IMG/VR virus record: IMGVR_UViG_2548877036_000001
From: an uncultured virus (IMG/VR IMGVR_UViG_2548877036_000001)
Lineage: Duplodnaviria; Heunggongvirae; Uroviricota; Caudoviricetes
Length of the DNA stretch: 20,000 nt
Reading direction: 5' to 3' (one strand)
Part shown: positions 1-7,595 of the stretch, one piece after another
How the letters are laid out: each line of letters opens with the position of its first letter
Numbering within the stretch: position 1 is the first letter of the stretch
Notes under the pieces: generated by a model
The model's input: only the letters and a program-made list of their open reading frames with translations
Told to the model about the DNA's origin: nothing
Databases searched by the model: none
Translations under genes and position numbers: made by a program

Positions 1-408
1 GGTCGGTACACCGATCGAGGCCCAGAACGAGGAGTTTCCACGCAGGTACACCAAGTTCGCCGCGACCAGCAGGTCCGCCGATTCCGCTCCGGATCGCACC
101 TTGCCGATCGAGTCGCCGGTGGCGGCCTGGACGGTCTCGGTCACTTCGAAGCGGGCCACCGCGGTGGTGACTTGGCTCTCGACATGAACGAAGCCGTTGC
201 TGAGCTCGGAGCGTGCGTCTGCTACCGCGGCAAGCTCCATCACGGACAGCTCACGTTCGGGCGGGGGTGGCGGTAGCACCGGATCCCGCAGCACCAGCCA
301 GGCGACGATCGGCACAGCTGCCAGCGCCCACACGAGCGCGATCACTAGTCCGCTACGTGCGGCCTTCTGCTTCAGAGTCAGTCCGGGCAGTTCCCACATT
401 TCGCGCAC
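1..408 (-). CDS. Membrane-anchored protein of unknown function (partial, runs off the window start)
   Basis: Not in the ORF track. Manual translation from GTG 408 (RBS GGAGAA at 415-420; alternative ATG 399) gives VREMWELPGLTLKQKAARSGLVIALVWALAAVPIVAWLVLRDPVLPPPPPERELS...VYLRGNSSFWASIGVPT, open to base 1. One TM helix, a Pro linker and a beta-rich domain. Confidence 0.75.
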   Translation of the reverse strand, partial: MREMWELPGLTLKQKAARSGLVIALVWALAAVPIVAWLVLRDPVLPPPPPERELSVMELAAVADARSELSNGFVHVESQVTTAVARFEVTETVQAATGDSIGKVRSGAESADLLVAANLVYLRGNSSFWASIGVPT

Positions 409-523
409 AGTCGCTTCTCCCTTGTCACTGGTCCCCTGCGTGGGGTCGCGGCGGAAGTTATCCGTTGTGCACGAGGAGTCCCGACAGCGGCGCGGGCATG
501 TGAGCCAAGTGGCGGGGCTGCGG

Positions 524-1750
524 TCAAGGAGATGGCATTCTTACTCGTCGGGCGGCGTTAATCACCGCGGTACGTACGGCGCTGTCTGTGGGGTTTCCGG
601 CCCGTATCAGGGCGGTGAGCGCCCGCTCGTACTCTTCTCCCGGGTCAGAGGCTACTTCCTTTGACAAGATGGCGATCGTAGCGTTGAGGGTTAGCACATC
701 TAGCGATTGACCGAAGCTCCACATGCTGTCAGCCCACGGTTCCCCGTAGACATCTGCCAGCTGCTTGTTGATGTCCACTAATGCGTGGCGCAGAGACAGT
801 TCATGTGCTTTATCGACAGTCAACGTGGTTTCGTCTTCGGGCCAATTGAAGAAAGCTTCGAACGCTGGCTTACCCCGATAGCGTCCGCGACCTCCGTCGG
901 CATTGGCCACGAGGTATTGGGTGGCGCGGTGGCGATGTTCGTGCGGGAAGGCGTACACCCTGAGGTCTTGAACGATCCAGCGTCCCCAAAGTTCGCGGCT
1001 TACGGCGTTGGCGATGCGCTGCGCGGTCTCTGGCTTGAGTGCTGACAAGGCACGATCGGCTTCAGTGAATAAGCCGACGCCGCCGGCAGTTGATGAACGC
1101 AGCTTCCGCGGCGGGCGAATAAGGCGGCCGCGCTCATCCGGTGTGGGACTGCTGCCGTACTTAGCCACAATCCGCGCCAGCTGGCCTCGCGCGTGATCTT
1201 CCCCCAAGACCGGCCTGGACCAACGCGGATGTTCCATCTCAAGCCGCACCCTCAGATAGGCAGGTGAATACTCGCATAGTTCAAGCAATGCCGGGGACGC
1301 GGGGTCGCGCTCCTCTAAAATCTCGCGTATCTGAGATGGTATGTCAGAGAACAAGATTGAACCGCCATTGGCGAGTAGAGCCGCGTACTGCCGGATGAGG
1401 TGAGCTGCCCGGGCTTCGACGAGACCGTCAGGGAGCTGGCGCGGCAGCCGTTCGCCGTAAATTCCGCGGGCGAGCACCGCCTCACGGCTCGTACGGTCGC
1501 TATTTCCGCGGAATTTCTCGATCAGGCCCATACGATCACCCCTTCTCTCCTGAACCGTCAGCTGGAGACCAAGTGCGTCGGCGATGTCAGCGACGATTCC
1601 TATTTCGCCGCGTGGATGCCCGGCCTCGATCTTGGAGATGGACTGGCGCGTAACTCCAGACCGCTCCGCCAGATCGACAAGGCTCCAGTTCTTCGCCGTT
1701 CGCGCCGCCTCCAAGGCGCGTCCGATGCGCCACACATCATCCTTGGTCAC
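524..1750 (-). CDS. XRE/HTH_3 (HipB-like) DNA-binding domain fused to a ~335-aa domain of unknown function
   Basis: N-terminal IGRALEAARTAKNWSLVDLAERSGVTRQSISKIEAG...IADALGL is a canonical XRE HTH. Long open frame; promoter directly upstream. Confidence 0.85.
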   Translation of the reverse strand: MTKDDVWRIGRALEAARTAKNWSLVDLAERSGVTRQSISKIEAGHPRGEIGIVADIADALGLQLTVQERRGDRMGLIEKFRGNSDRTSREAVLARGIYGERLPRQLPDGLVEARAAHLIRQYAALLANGGSILFSDIPSQIREILEERDPASPALLELCEYSPAYLRVRLEMEHPRWSRPVLGEDHARGQLARIVAKYGSSPTPDERGRLIRPPRKLRSSTAGGVGLFTEADRALSALKPETAQRIANAVSRELWGRWIVQDLRVYAFPHEHRHRATQYLVANADGGRGRYRGKPAFEAFFNWPEDETTLTVDKAHELSLRHALVDINKQLADVYGEPWADSMWSFGQSLDVLTLNATIAILSKEVASDPGEEYERALTALIRAGNPTDSAVRTAVINAARRVRMPSP

Positions 1751-1798
1751 TTGAGGTAGCGTACGCGCACTGATTCCAAACGGTCAACGTACGTTAAC
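1751..1798 (-). promoter_or_regulatory. SigA-type leaderless promoter of the XRE gene with an overlapping palindromic operator
   Basis: Minus strand TTGACC (1787-1782), 18 nt, TACGCT (1763-1758), 7 nt, GTG start 1750. Palindrome GTcAACGTACGTTaAC (1783-1798) overlaps the -35. Confidence 0.65.
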
Positions 1799-1940
1799 GC
1801 GGCGCGGTCGGGCCACGGCTAAAGCGGTAGCTAGGACCTGCCTGTATCTGACACCAACTGCGGGTCGCTCACACACCGCTACACATCACGACGGTCAGAC
1901 CGGGCGCGACTACCAATTCTTCAGGGGCTGGTAAACCTAC

Positions 1941-2975
1941 TCAGTAACGAGGCATCTCGTCACCGAGTGAGTTCTTCTCCCCAGGATCGTCCGAGGTGTT
2001 CAGGAAGTCCTCTGATGTGTCGATCAGGTTGTCGAGATATTGGCGAGCGTCGATGACCGCCTGATGCTTCTGAAAGTCCGGCTCATGCGCCCACGGAGCG
2101 TGCACGGCTCCCTGCCATGCGTCGGCGGCGCGGTACGCCTCGATCGCAGCTAGCACTTCATGTGGACTGCGGCTGGGATACTCGTCGGTCACCAGCCTGC
2201 ATTCGCCGCCGCTCTCAAATGCCTTGGCGAGCTTCTGCTCCGGTGTTTCCGATTCCAACTTCCGCGCAATCGCGAACACCGGATACGGCCTTCCACCCCA
2301 CACCCCCTTTAACGAGTGGGTTCCGAGGAGATATGCCTTGCGTTCGCGCTTGTCCTTGCCGTCGTTGTAGTGCTTGAACAGAAGGTGGGCCACTTCGACG
2401 GTCAGGACGAAATAGCCACGCGCGGCGAACTTCAAGACGCGAAACCCCGTGTCGATGCTCGGCCCGACAAAGTCCATCGCGAAATTGACCACGAACTTGC
2501 CCTCGGTGTCGGCCTTGTTCAACATCGTCTCGTTGATCTGCTCTGGATCGAGCTGTGATCCGCTCTCGGAAATCTGCACTGTGCGAGGGATCGCGACGCG
2601 CCGATCGGGTGCCGGAACCGTTGCCAGGAAGGCCCCGCCTTTGAGGGTCATCGGCGTCTTGACGAGTAGATGTTGGGTCTCGAACTCAAGCATGGTGTCA
2701 GTCCATGCGTCGACGGCGTCGCTGCAGTCCTTCTCCGACTTGATCCGGATCGAGAAGATCAGCTCGTCACCGATGGCCTTCCACAGCGAGAGCCGGCCCT
2801 GCAAATCCGGATACAACTCGACGATCCTTGCCGCCAGCAGCGACGGGAACTCTGTATAGAAGGCCAGGAACGTCGCAACCCACCTGGCCTCGCTCTTCTG
2901 CTTGAACTGCGTGGAGTTCTGTAGGTCGCAAGAGAGAAAGAGAATGGAACCGTCTTCGTTGAGACCAGCGGCCAT
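1941..2975 (-). CDS. Divergent class III nucleotidyl (adenylate/guanylate) cyclase-fold protein
   Basis: Motifs in the expected order: LFLSCDLQNST (metal Asp17), WKAIGDELIF (Lys66, metal Asp70), DFVGPSIDTGFR (equivalent to DxxGxxVNxAxR), LKGV. Confidence 0.7.
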   Translation of the reverse strand: MAAGLNEDGSILFLSCDLQNSTQFKQKSEARWVATFLAFYTEFPSLLAARIVELYPDLQGRLSLWKAIGDELIFSIRIKSEKDCSDAVDAWTDTMLEFETQHLLVKTPMTLKGGAFLATVPAPDRRVAIPRTVQISESGSQLDPEQINETMLNKADTEGKFVVNFAMDFVGPSIDTGFRVLKFAARGYFVLTVEVAHLLFKHYNDGKDKRERKAYLLGTHSLKGVWGGRPYPVFAIARKLESETPEQKLAKAFESGGECRLVTDEYPSRSPHEVLAAIEAYRAADAWQGAVHAPWAHEPDFQKHQAVIDARQYLDNLIDTSEDFLNTSDDPGEKNSLGDEMPRY

Positions 2976-3496
2976 CAGGTGAGCAGGCCGAGAAATTCGG
3001 CACGGACCCTCGCCGCTGGAACAGACACCTCGAAGTGCCGGGCGACTGTCGCCAAGTTGTGGTTCGACTCGGCGAACACCTTGCTGAACGCGGGCGCGGG
3101 CATCAAGAGATTCGATGCGAATACATTCGCTTGCGTCTCAGCGGGATTGCGGCCCAGCCGGGTAAACCTGGAGACCCGCTCACCGGTGAGATGTGTGTCG
3201 GGGGCCCGGTTGTGCAGGAAGTAGTGCCCGAGCTCATGGGCGATCGTGAATCTGTCGCGCAGCCGTGAGGTGTGGGTAGGGATGATCACGGTGAAGTCGC
3301 GGGGGCTGCGAATTTCGAGCGACTCGACACGTTCGTCAACAACGATGTCGCCGCCGAGCTTGTTCAGCAGAGCATGCACGTCAACGTGGCCGCTCTCATC
3401 GATGACCTCGTGCTGGCACGCGATTTCCTCGGCATACGCCGCGATCGCGGAGTACGACAACTTCGACAGCGGTGCCTGAACCGCAGCTTGAGTCAT
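2975..3496 (-). CDS. ImmA/IrrE family (Peptidase M78/DUF955) zinc metallopeptidase
   Basis: RDRFTIAHELGHYFLH (HEXXH), ETQANVFASNLLMP, ARHFEVS. Start moved from 3520 to ATG 3496 because GGAGGTGA is properly spaced there. Stop overlaps the cyclase ATG (TGATG). Confidence 0.9.
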   Translation of the reverse strand: MTQAAVQAPLSKLSYSAIAAYAEEIACQHEVIDESGHVDVHALLNKLGGDIVVDERVESLEIRSPRDFTVIIPTHTSRLRDRFTIAHELGHYFLHNRAPDTHLTGERVSRFTRLGRNPAETQANVFASNLLMPAPAFSKVFAESNHNLATVARHFEVSVPAARVRAEFLGLLT

Positions 3497-3815
3497 CACG
3501 CTCACCTCCACCCCAATCATCCTCCAACTAGTGGGGATCGGAAACCTCCCCAGGCTGCGAGCTACATCGCACAGCTTGCCTTGCCGTGACCTGGCGAAGG
3601 GGGTGATTCACCAGATTCAACCGCAGCGTAGCGCCCAGGATCTGCCGGCGACTCTCGACACTCTGCACACCGCTGTTTGTGCACAATCGGTGAGAATCAC
3701 CCAAAATCCGGGGACGTGACATGAATTCGCGACTTTCATCATTTCCGCAGGTCAGGCGGTTTCGCGTCAACGAGGTCCGACGCACGAACACGCGTGCAGC
3801 TACCTGAAATGTGCG

Positions 3816-4670
3816 GTGACGTGCCACGATGTGTTTGTGGCAAAGAGATACCGGCTCGTTTGCGCGCTGGCTGCCGCTGCTGCAGCGGTGTCAGCGTGCT
3901 CTACAGCCGTGTCCGGAACACCGGTCTCTGATACGCCAAATGCGCCAGCCGCCGGCGCCGCTGTCTCGGCTACACCCAGCGGGGTGACCACCCGCTGGAT
4001 CGATGTCTCCGGACAGGGTGTCATCGTGAAGGACTCCCGCGGTACGCAATTTGGTGCGCTCCCCTACCCGGGAGCCGTCATCGCCCAGCGCCAAACCAAT
4101 GGATCCACGAAGGAATGCACACTGGGTCCCGCTGTTGCGGACAAGAGCACGAAGCGGACCGGGTTTGTCGGCGCCGGACACTGCGACAACTCCCCCGGCG
4201 GTCAAACCTTCGTCTTCGCAGACTCCGAAGGTGCTGAACCGGTCCCTGTCGGGGTGTACGCCAACTCCAAGGATGGGCCAACTCCGCTGGGCTACAGCGA
4301 TTCAGCGGTGATTTGGTCCAAAATCCTGGACCCGAGATCCACCCTCATTGCAGGCACCTGGCCAGTGGATGGCGTCATGCCATCCAGCGACGTGCGCAAG
4401 CTGCGCGCAGGGACACCGATCTGCATCGACGGAGCAGTTTCCGGCGTCATCTGCAGTCCGCTGATCGCAGCCGATGACTCATACATCCGCTCCGTGCCTA
4501 TCACCCAGCACGGAGACAGCGGAGCCCCTGTGTTTATCGTCGACGAGCAGACCCGACACGCGACACTGATCGGCATTGTCAGCGGCACCGAGAACGGCCA
4601 AGACGAATCGACCTTTCTCGAAGCTGAGCTGACGAGGCTTGGCGCCACGGCACTCACCGCAACCCCTTAA
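3816..4670 (+). CDS. Lipoprotein serine protease, S1 (trypsin/alpha-lytic-like) family
   Basis: Signal peptide with lipobox VSAC (Cys codon 3897-3899). Triad motifs GAGHC, DSAVI, GDSGAP. True start probably GTG 3831 or 3837. Confidence 0.85.
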   Translation: MTCHDVFVAKRYRLVCALAAAAAAVSACSTAVSGTPVSDTPNAPAAGAAVSATPSGVTTRWIDVSGQGVIVKDSRGTQFGALPYPGAVIAQRQTNGSTKECTLGPAVADKSTKRTGFVGAGHCDNSPGGQTFVFADSEGAEPVPVGVYANSKDGPTPLGYSDSAVIWSKILDPRSTLIAGTWPVDGVMPSSDVRKLRAGTPICIDGAVSGVICSPLIAADDSYIRSVPITQHGDSGAPVFIVDEQTRHATLIGIVSGTENGQDESTFLEAELTRLGATALTATP

Positions 4671-4718
4671 TCCGCGCCGCGGCCTTCACCTGCGCATTTC
4701 CGCTGGCATCCTGAACCC

Positions 4719-6062
4719 ATGCCACAAACGACAGCCAGCGGCTTCGATATGTCTTTCCTCGATAGTGGGCAAACGGCCGGCGTGTTTTCGGACATCGCCT
4801 CCGCGACAGACACGTGGAACACACAGTTGGGTGCGCACATCGACGAGCTCGCACAACTCTCCGACAGCGAGACAATCTCGGCGGCGATCAACCAACTAGG
4901 CCGGGCCCGTGAAGGACTCAGCGCCGGCGGTTACGCCCTGGCGGCCAGCAGCGCGGCGCTGGCCGCACAGAAGAGCGCCGATGATCAGTGGCGCAGGGCT
5001 CCACAGGACGACGAGCTCGAGGAAGCACGCCGCGCCGTCACCGAAGCCAGCAAGGAGCTGGCGGCGGCCGCCGACAGCCAAGCGGCAATCGCGGCCGAAG
5101 CCAAACTGAAAGCCGCCATCGAGCATTCGCGTGACTTGAATGAGCGCCGCCGGCAAGCCGACAAGGATTTCGTCGATGCCTCCGGAAAGGTTCAAGAGCG
5201 TCTCCGCGAGTTCAACCCTGAGGAGGGGAAGAACAAGAAACAGAAGGACAAGAAGGACAACGAAAACGGTCGAGCGGTGCCGGGCAAGAAGCCTGAGCTT
5301 AAGGCCAGCGCATCTCCTGCTCCGTCGAATCATCGCGCCCCTGCTGCGCCCGGAGCGCCAGTTACCGCTCCATCCTCGCCGGCCGCACCGTCTGGATCCC
5401 CCAGCTCCGGGTCGCCCGCGTCAGACGCCGCACTGACCGCGCTTCTGCAGCGCACCGGTCAGCTTCCGCCTGCCCAACCGGCTCAGCAGCAGCAGCCGCC
5501 GCAGCAACAGCCTCAAACTGCACCGGCCGCCGCGGCTGGACCGTCGTCAGCGCCTTCACCGGTCAGCAACCCAAAGAGCAAGGTAGAAGGTGCGATCAAC
5601 ACCGACGACATTCCGGGCATCGCCGCTGCACCTGTCCCCATGGCCATGGGTCCTGTGGCCGGCCCTGCGCCCGCCGCAGCGGCATCGGCCGCGCCGGCAC
5701 CTGCGACCAGCGGTAACTCCGCAGCGGACCTGTCCACCGACAGCAATGTCAGTGGCCGTCCCGACGCCCAGCGTGGCGCCTTCAATCAGCCCCACACGTC
5801 TGCCTCGGGAGCCACCGGTACCGCAACCGGCGCAGGAACCGGTACCAGCACCGGCCTCAACCAGAAAGGCATGCAGGCCGCGGGCATGCCCGCCACAGGT
5901 ATGCCCATGGCCGGCATGCCGATGGCACCCGGGGCCGCTGGCAGCCGTGGCGGAACGGTCAAGCCGGTACAAGCGCACCAGGACAGCAACGTCTATGAAG
6001 AGGGCGTTGTACGCGGCGGCACTATCGCGCAGAACCGCCCCGACTTCACTGAAAAGGGCTAG
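4719..6062 (+). CDS. Ala/Pro/Gln-rich protein with a helical N-terminus, PPE/EspB-like putative ESX substrate
   Basis: ~165-aa amphipathic helical N-terminus (…WRRAPQDDELEEARRAV…), long low-complexity linker, and a GMPMAGMPMAPGAAGSRGG tail typical of PPE/Esp proteins. No PPE or WxG motif. Confidence 0.6.
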   Translation: MPQTTASGFDMSFLDSGQTAGVFSDIASATDTWNTQLGAHIDELAQLSDSETISAAINQLGRAREGLSAGGYALAASSAALAAQKSADDQWRRAPQDDELEEARRAVTEASKELAAAADSQAAIAAEAKLKAAIEHSRDLNERRRQADKDFVDASGKVQERLREFNPEEGKNKKQKDKKDNENGRAVPGKKPELKASASPAPSNHRAPAAPGAPVTAPSSPAAPSGSPSSGSPASDAALTALLQRTGQLPPAQPAQQQQPPQQQPQTAPAAAAGPSSAPSPVSNPKSKVEGAINTDDIPGIAAAPVPMAMGPVAGPAPAAAASAAPAPATSGNSAADLSTDSNVSGRPDAQRGAFNQPHTSASGATGTATGAGTGTSTGLNQKGMQAAGMPATGMPMAGMPMAPGAAGSRGGTVKPVQAHQDSNVYEEGVVRGGTIAQNRPDFTEKG

Positions 6063-6175
6063 CCGGTCAACGCACGAGGCTGAACTGATGTGCGGGCGGC
6101 ATCTCACTCCAGGTCCTCGGTCTGCAACCCAAGCATCCCGGGGGCTTGATTTAGCGCTCGCCTGGCTCGGACTGG

Positions 6176-6805
6176 TCAGTGCGTGTAGGCGTCGAAAACC
6201 CCGCGGAGACGTTGAAGCGCTTCCTCCCTCTCGCCGGCCTCCTCATACCAGCCGTTCGCAACCTGTTCGGCGATTACAGCCTCAGGAGTGAACTCCCTCC
6301 CGAACAGGCAGTCGCCCACCGCGTAGTCGAACCCCACATCGCGGCTAAAGCCGGTGCCCCCGAAGAGGGCGATGCCGTTCCTCTCGCAGTAGGTCAACAG
6401 GCCGTCCGCTATGTGCCAGGAGGCGCCGTCGAACCAGAAAACACCACTGGCGTGCGGGAGTGTCTTGCCAGTGGACGTCTCCGTCACGTTGTGAAATTCG
6501 TAACTCTCCGGTCTGTTCGCCACGAGTGCCACCAACTCTGCGGGCACACCTCTGAACACTTCGAGCTGTGCGGCGTAGTCGCCGTCGTAGAAGTTCAGGA
6601 CGCTCTCGTGCTCATAGGTCAGCAAGAGAACCTTGCCGTCGTCAGCGAAGAACCAGCCCGACGACTGTCCACCGCCGTCGTTCCACGCGTACCGCGTGCC
6701 GCCCGGGACCTCGACCGATTCGATGTCATTCCATTGGTCGACGATCGCCGCCCGGCGACGCACCTCGTCGATCGGTGTCTGCTTCAGATCCTCCCATGCG
6801 CTCAT
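6176..6805 (-). CDS. Hypothetical acidic, aromatic-rich protein (possible immunity-type protein)
   Basis: Globular-looking ORF with WNDGGGQ, YEHES, FRGVP and SGVFWFDG motifs. Start likely ATG 6805 (leaderless, TGa-CAGGAT 7 nt upstream) rather than TTG 6841. Confidence 0.75.
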   Translation of the reverse strand: MSAWEDLKQTPIDEVRRRAAIVDQWNDIESVEVPGGTRYAWNDGGGQSSGWFFADDGKVLLLTYEHESVLNFYDGDYAAQLEVFRGVPAELVALVANRPESYEFHNVTETSTGKTLPHASGVFWFDGASWHIADGLLTYCERNGIALFGGTGFSRDVGFDYAVGDCLFGREFTPEAVIAEQVANGWYEEAGEREEALQRLRGVFDAYTH

Positions 6806-6885
6806 GCGCCGAATCCTGTCACAGGACAACAGATGCAACATTCATCAACCGACTCTACGTAAGGGCACACCACTTTCAGGGCACC

Positions 6886-6927
6886 AAAAAGAACCACCCC
6901 GCAGCGCGGGAGCGCATACGGGGCGGT
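6886..6927 (-). terminator. Intrinsic terminator ending the minus-strand ESX-like operon
   Basis: Minus strand ACCGCCCCGTA-t-GCGC-tccc-GCGC-TGCGGGGTGGT followed by TCTTTTT, ~30 nt after the stop at 6959. Confidence 0.8.
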
Positions 6928-6958
6928 ACCTGTGGATAGGCGCTGGCGCGCCGGGTGT

Positions 6959-7273
6959 CTAGATGGCTGCGATGGCCGCGGAACCAGCTGTGCCGAGCGC
7001 CTCGAAGGCGACGTTCTCGGTGGTGGTCTCCGCTGCCCGTTCGCCGAGCTGCTCGATGCCGGCGCCAAGCATGGCGATGAATTCCGCTGTGGTGGCCGCG
7101 TTCTGCGCGGTGGCTTGCACAGAGTCGGCGTCATTGCCCGGCGGCGTGCAGGCCGCGGCGATTGCCGTTGCGGATGACGACGCAGCGGTGAATCCGGTGG
7201 TCTCGGCGACCAGGCCGCCGACCTGGCCGACCACGTCGGCGAAGCTGCTCACTCCGGTGATTGCACTGGTCAT
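6959..7273 (-). CDS. PE-domain-like protein (~100 aa)
   Basis: Size, Ala-rich helical pattern, central TPPGNDADS resembling the PE-domain P(A/P)GxDxxS turn, RBS AGGAG. Lacks the PE dipeptide and YxxxD/E. Confidence 0.65.
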   Translation of the reverse strand: MTSAITGVSSFADVVGQVGGLVAETTGFTAASSSATAIAAACTPPGNDADSVQATAQNAATTAEFIAMLGAGIEQLGERAAETTTENVAFEALGTAGSAAIAAI

Positions 7274-7412
7274 GGTTGGTATCTCCTGCTGTCGGCGAAT
7301 AGATGCTTGCTGTCATTCTGGCACGATAAAACCGGCATGACTACCGGCAAAATATGGCTTCTGGAGCGAGTAGTCGCACGTTCGGTGCTGAAAACGTGTA
7401 TGCCACAGACAT

Positions 7413-7595
7413 TCAATTGGCTCGAATTCGAGGCGCTTCCAGGCTCAACGGCTTACCGGACTCACCATCTTCGGTCATGAAATAGATCGAGGACATGATG
7501 TTTGCTGCTAGCTCCGCACCAGTGCGTTCGACCACTGGGCCACTCAAACGCACCAGCGGCCAGCCGCCGATGACGTGGACGTTGACCTGTGTCAT
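7413..7595 (-). CDS. Small protein, weakly EspD/EspH/YbaB-like
   Basis: ATGA-coupled to the upstream gene. VNVHVIGGWPLVRLSGPVVERTGAELAANIM resembles the beta-beta-helix core of that fold. Confidence 0.45.
   Translation of the reverse strand: MTQVNVHVIGGWPLVRLSGPVVERTGAELAANIMSSIYFMTEDGESGKPLSLEAPRIRAN

Noticed and set aside
197..664. Plus-strand ORFs 197-664 and 213-503
   Set aside because: Antisense to a better-supported minus-strand membrane protein and the end of the XRE fusion.
1941..2975. Calling the locus Pycsar or CBASS
   Set aside because: No adjacent cNMP-binding TM/TIR effector and no CD-NTase in the window.
3689..3731. Possible CRP (TGTGA-N6-TCACA) site beside the cyclase operon
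   Set aside because: Half-sites have the wrong spacing (3 or 7 nt).
5480..5515. CAG-rich run
   Set aside because: Short imperfect Gln/Pro linker, ordinary for this protein class.
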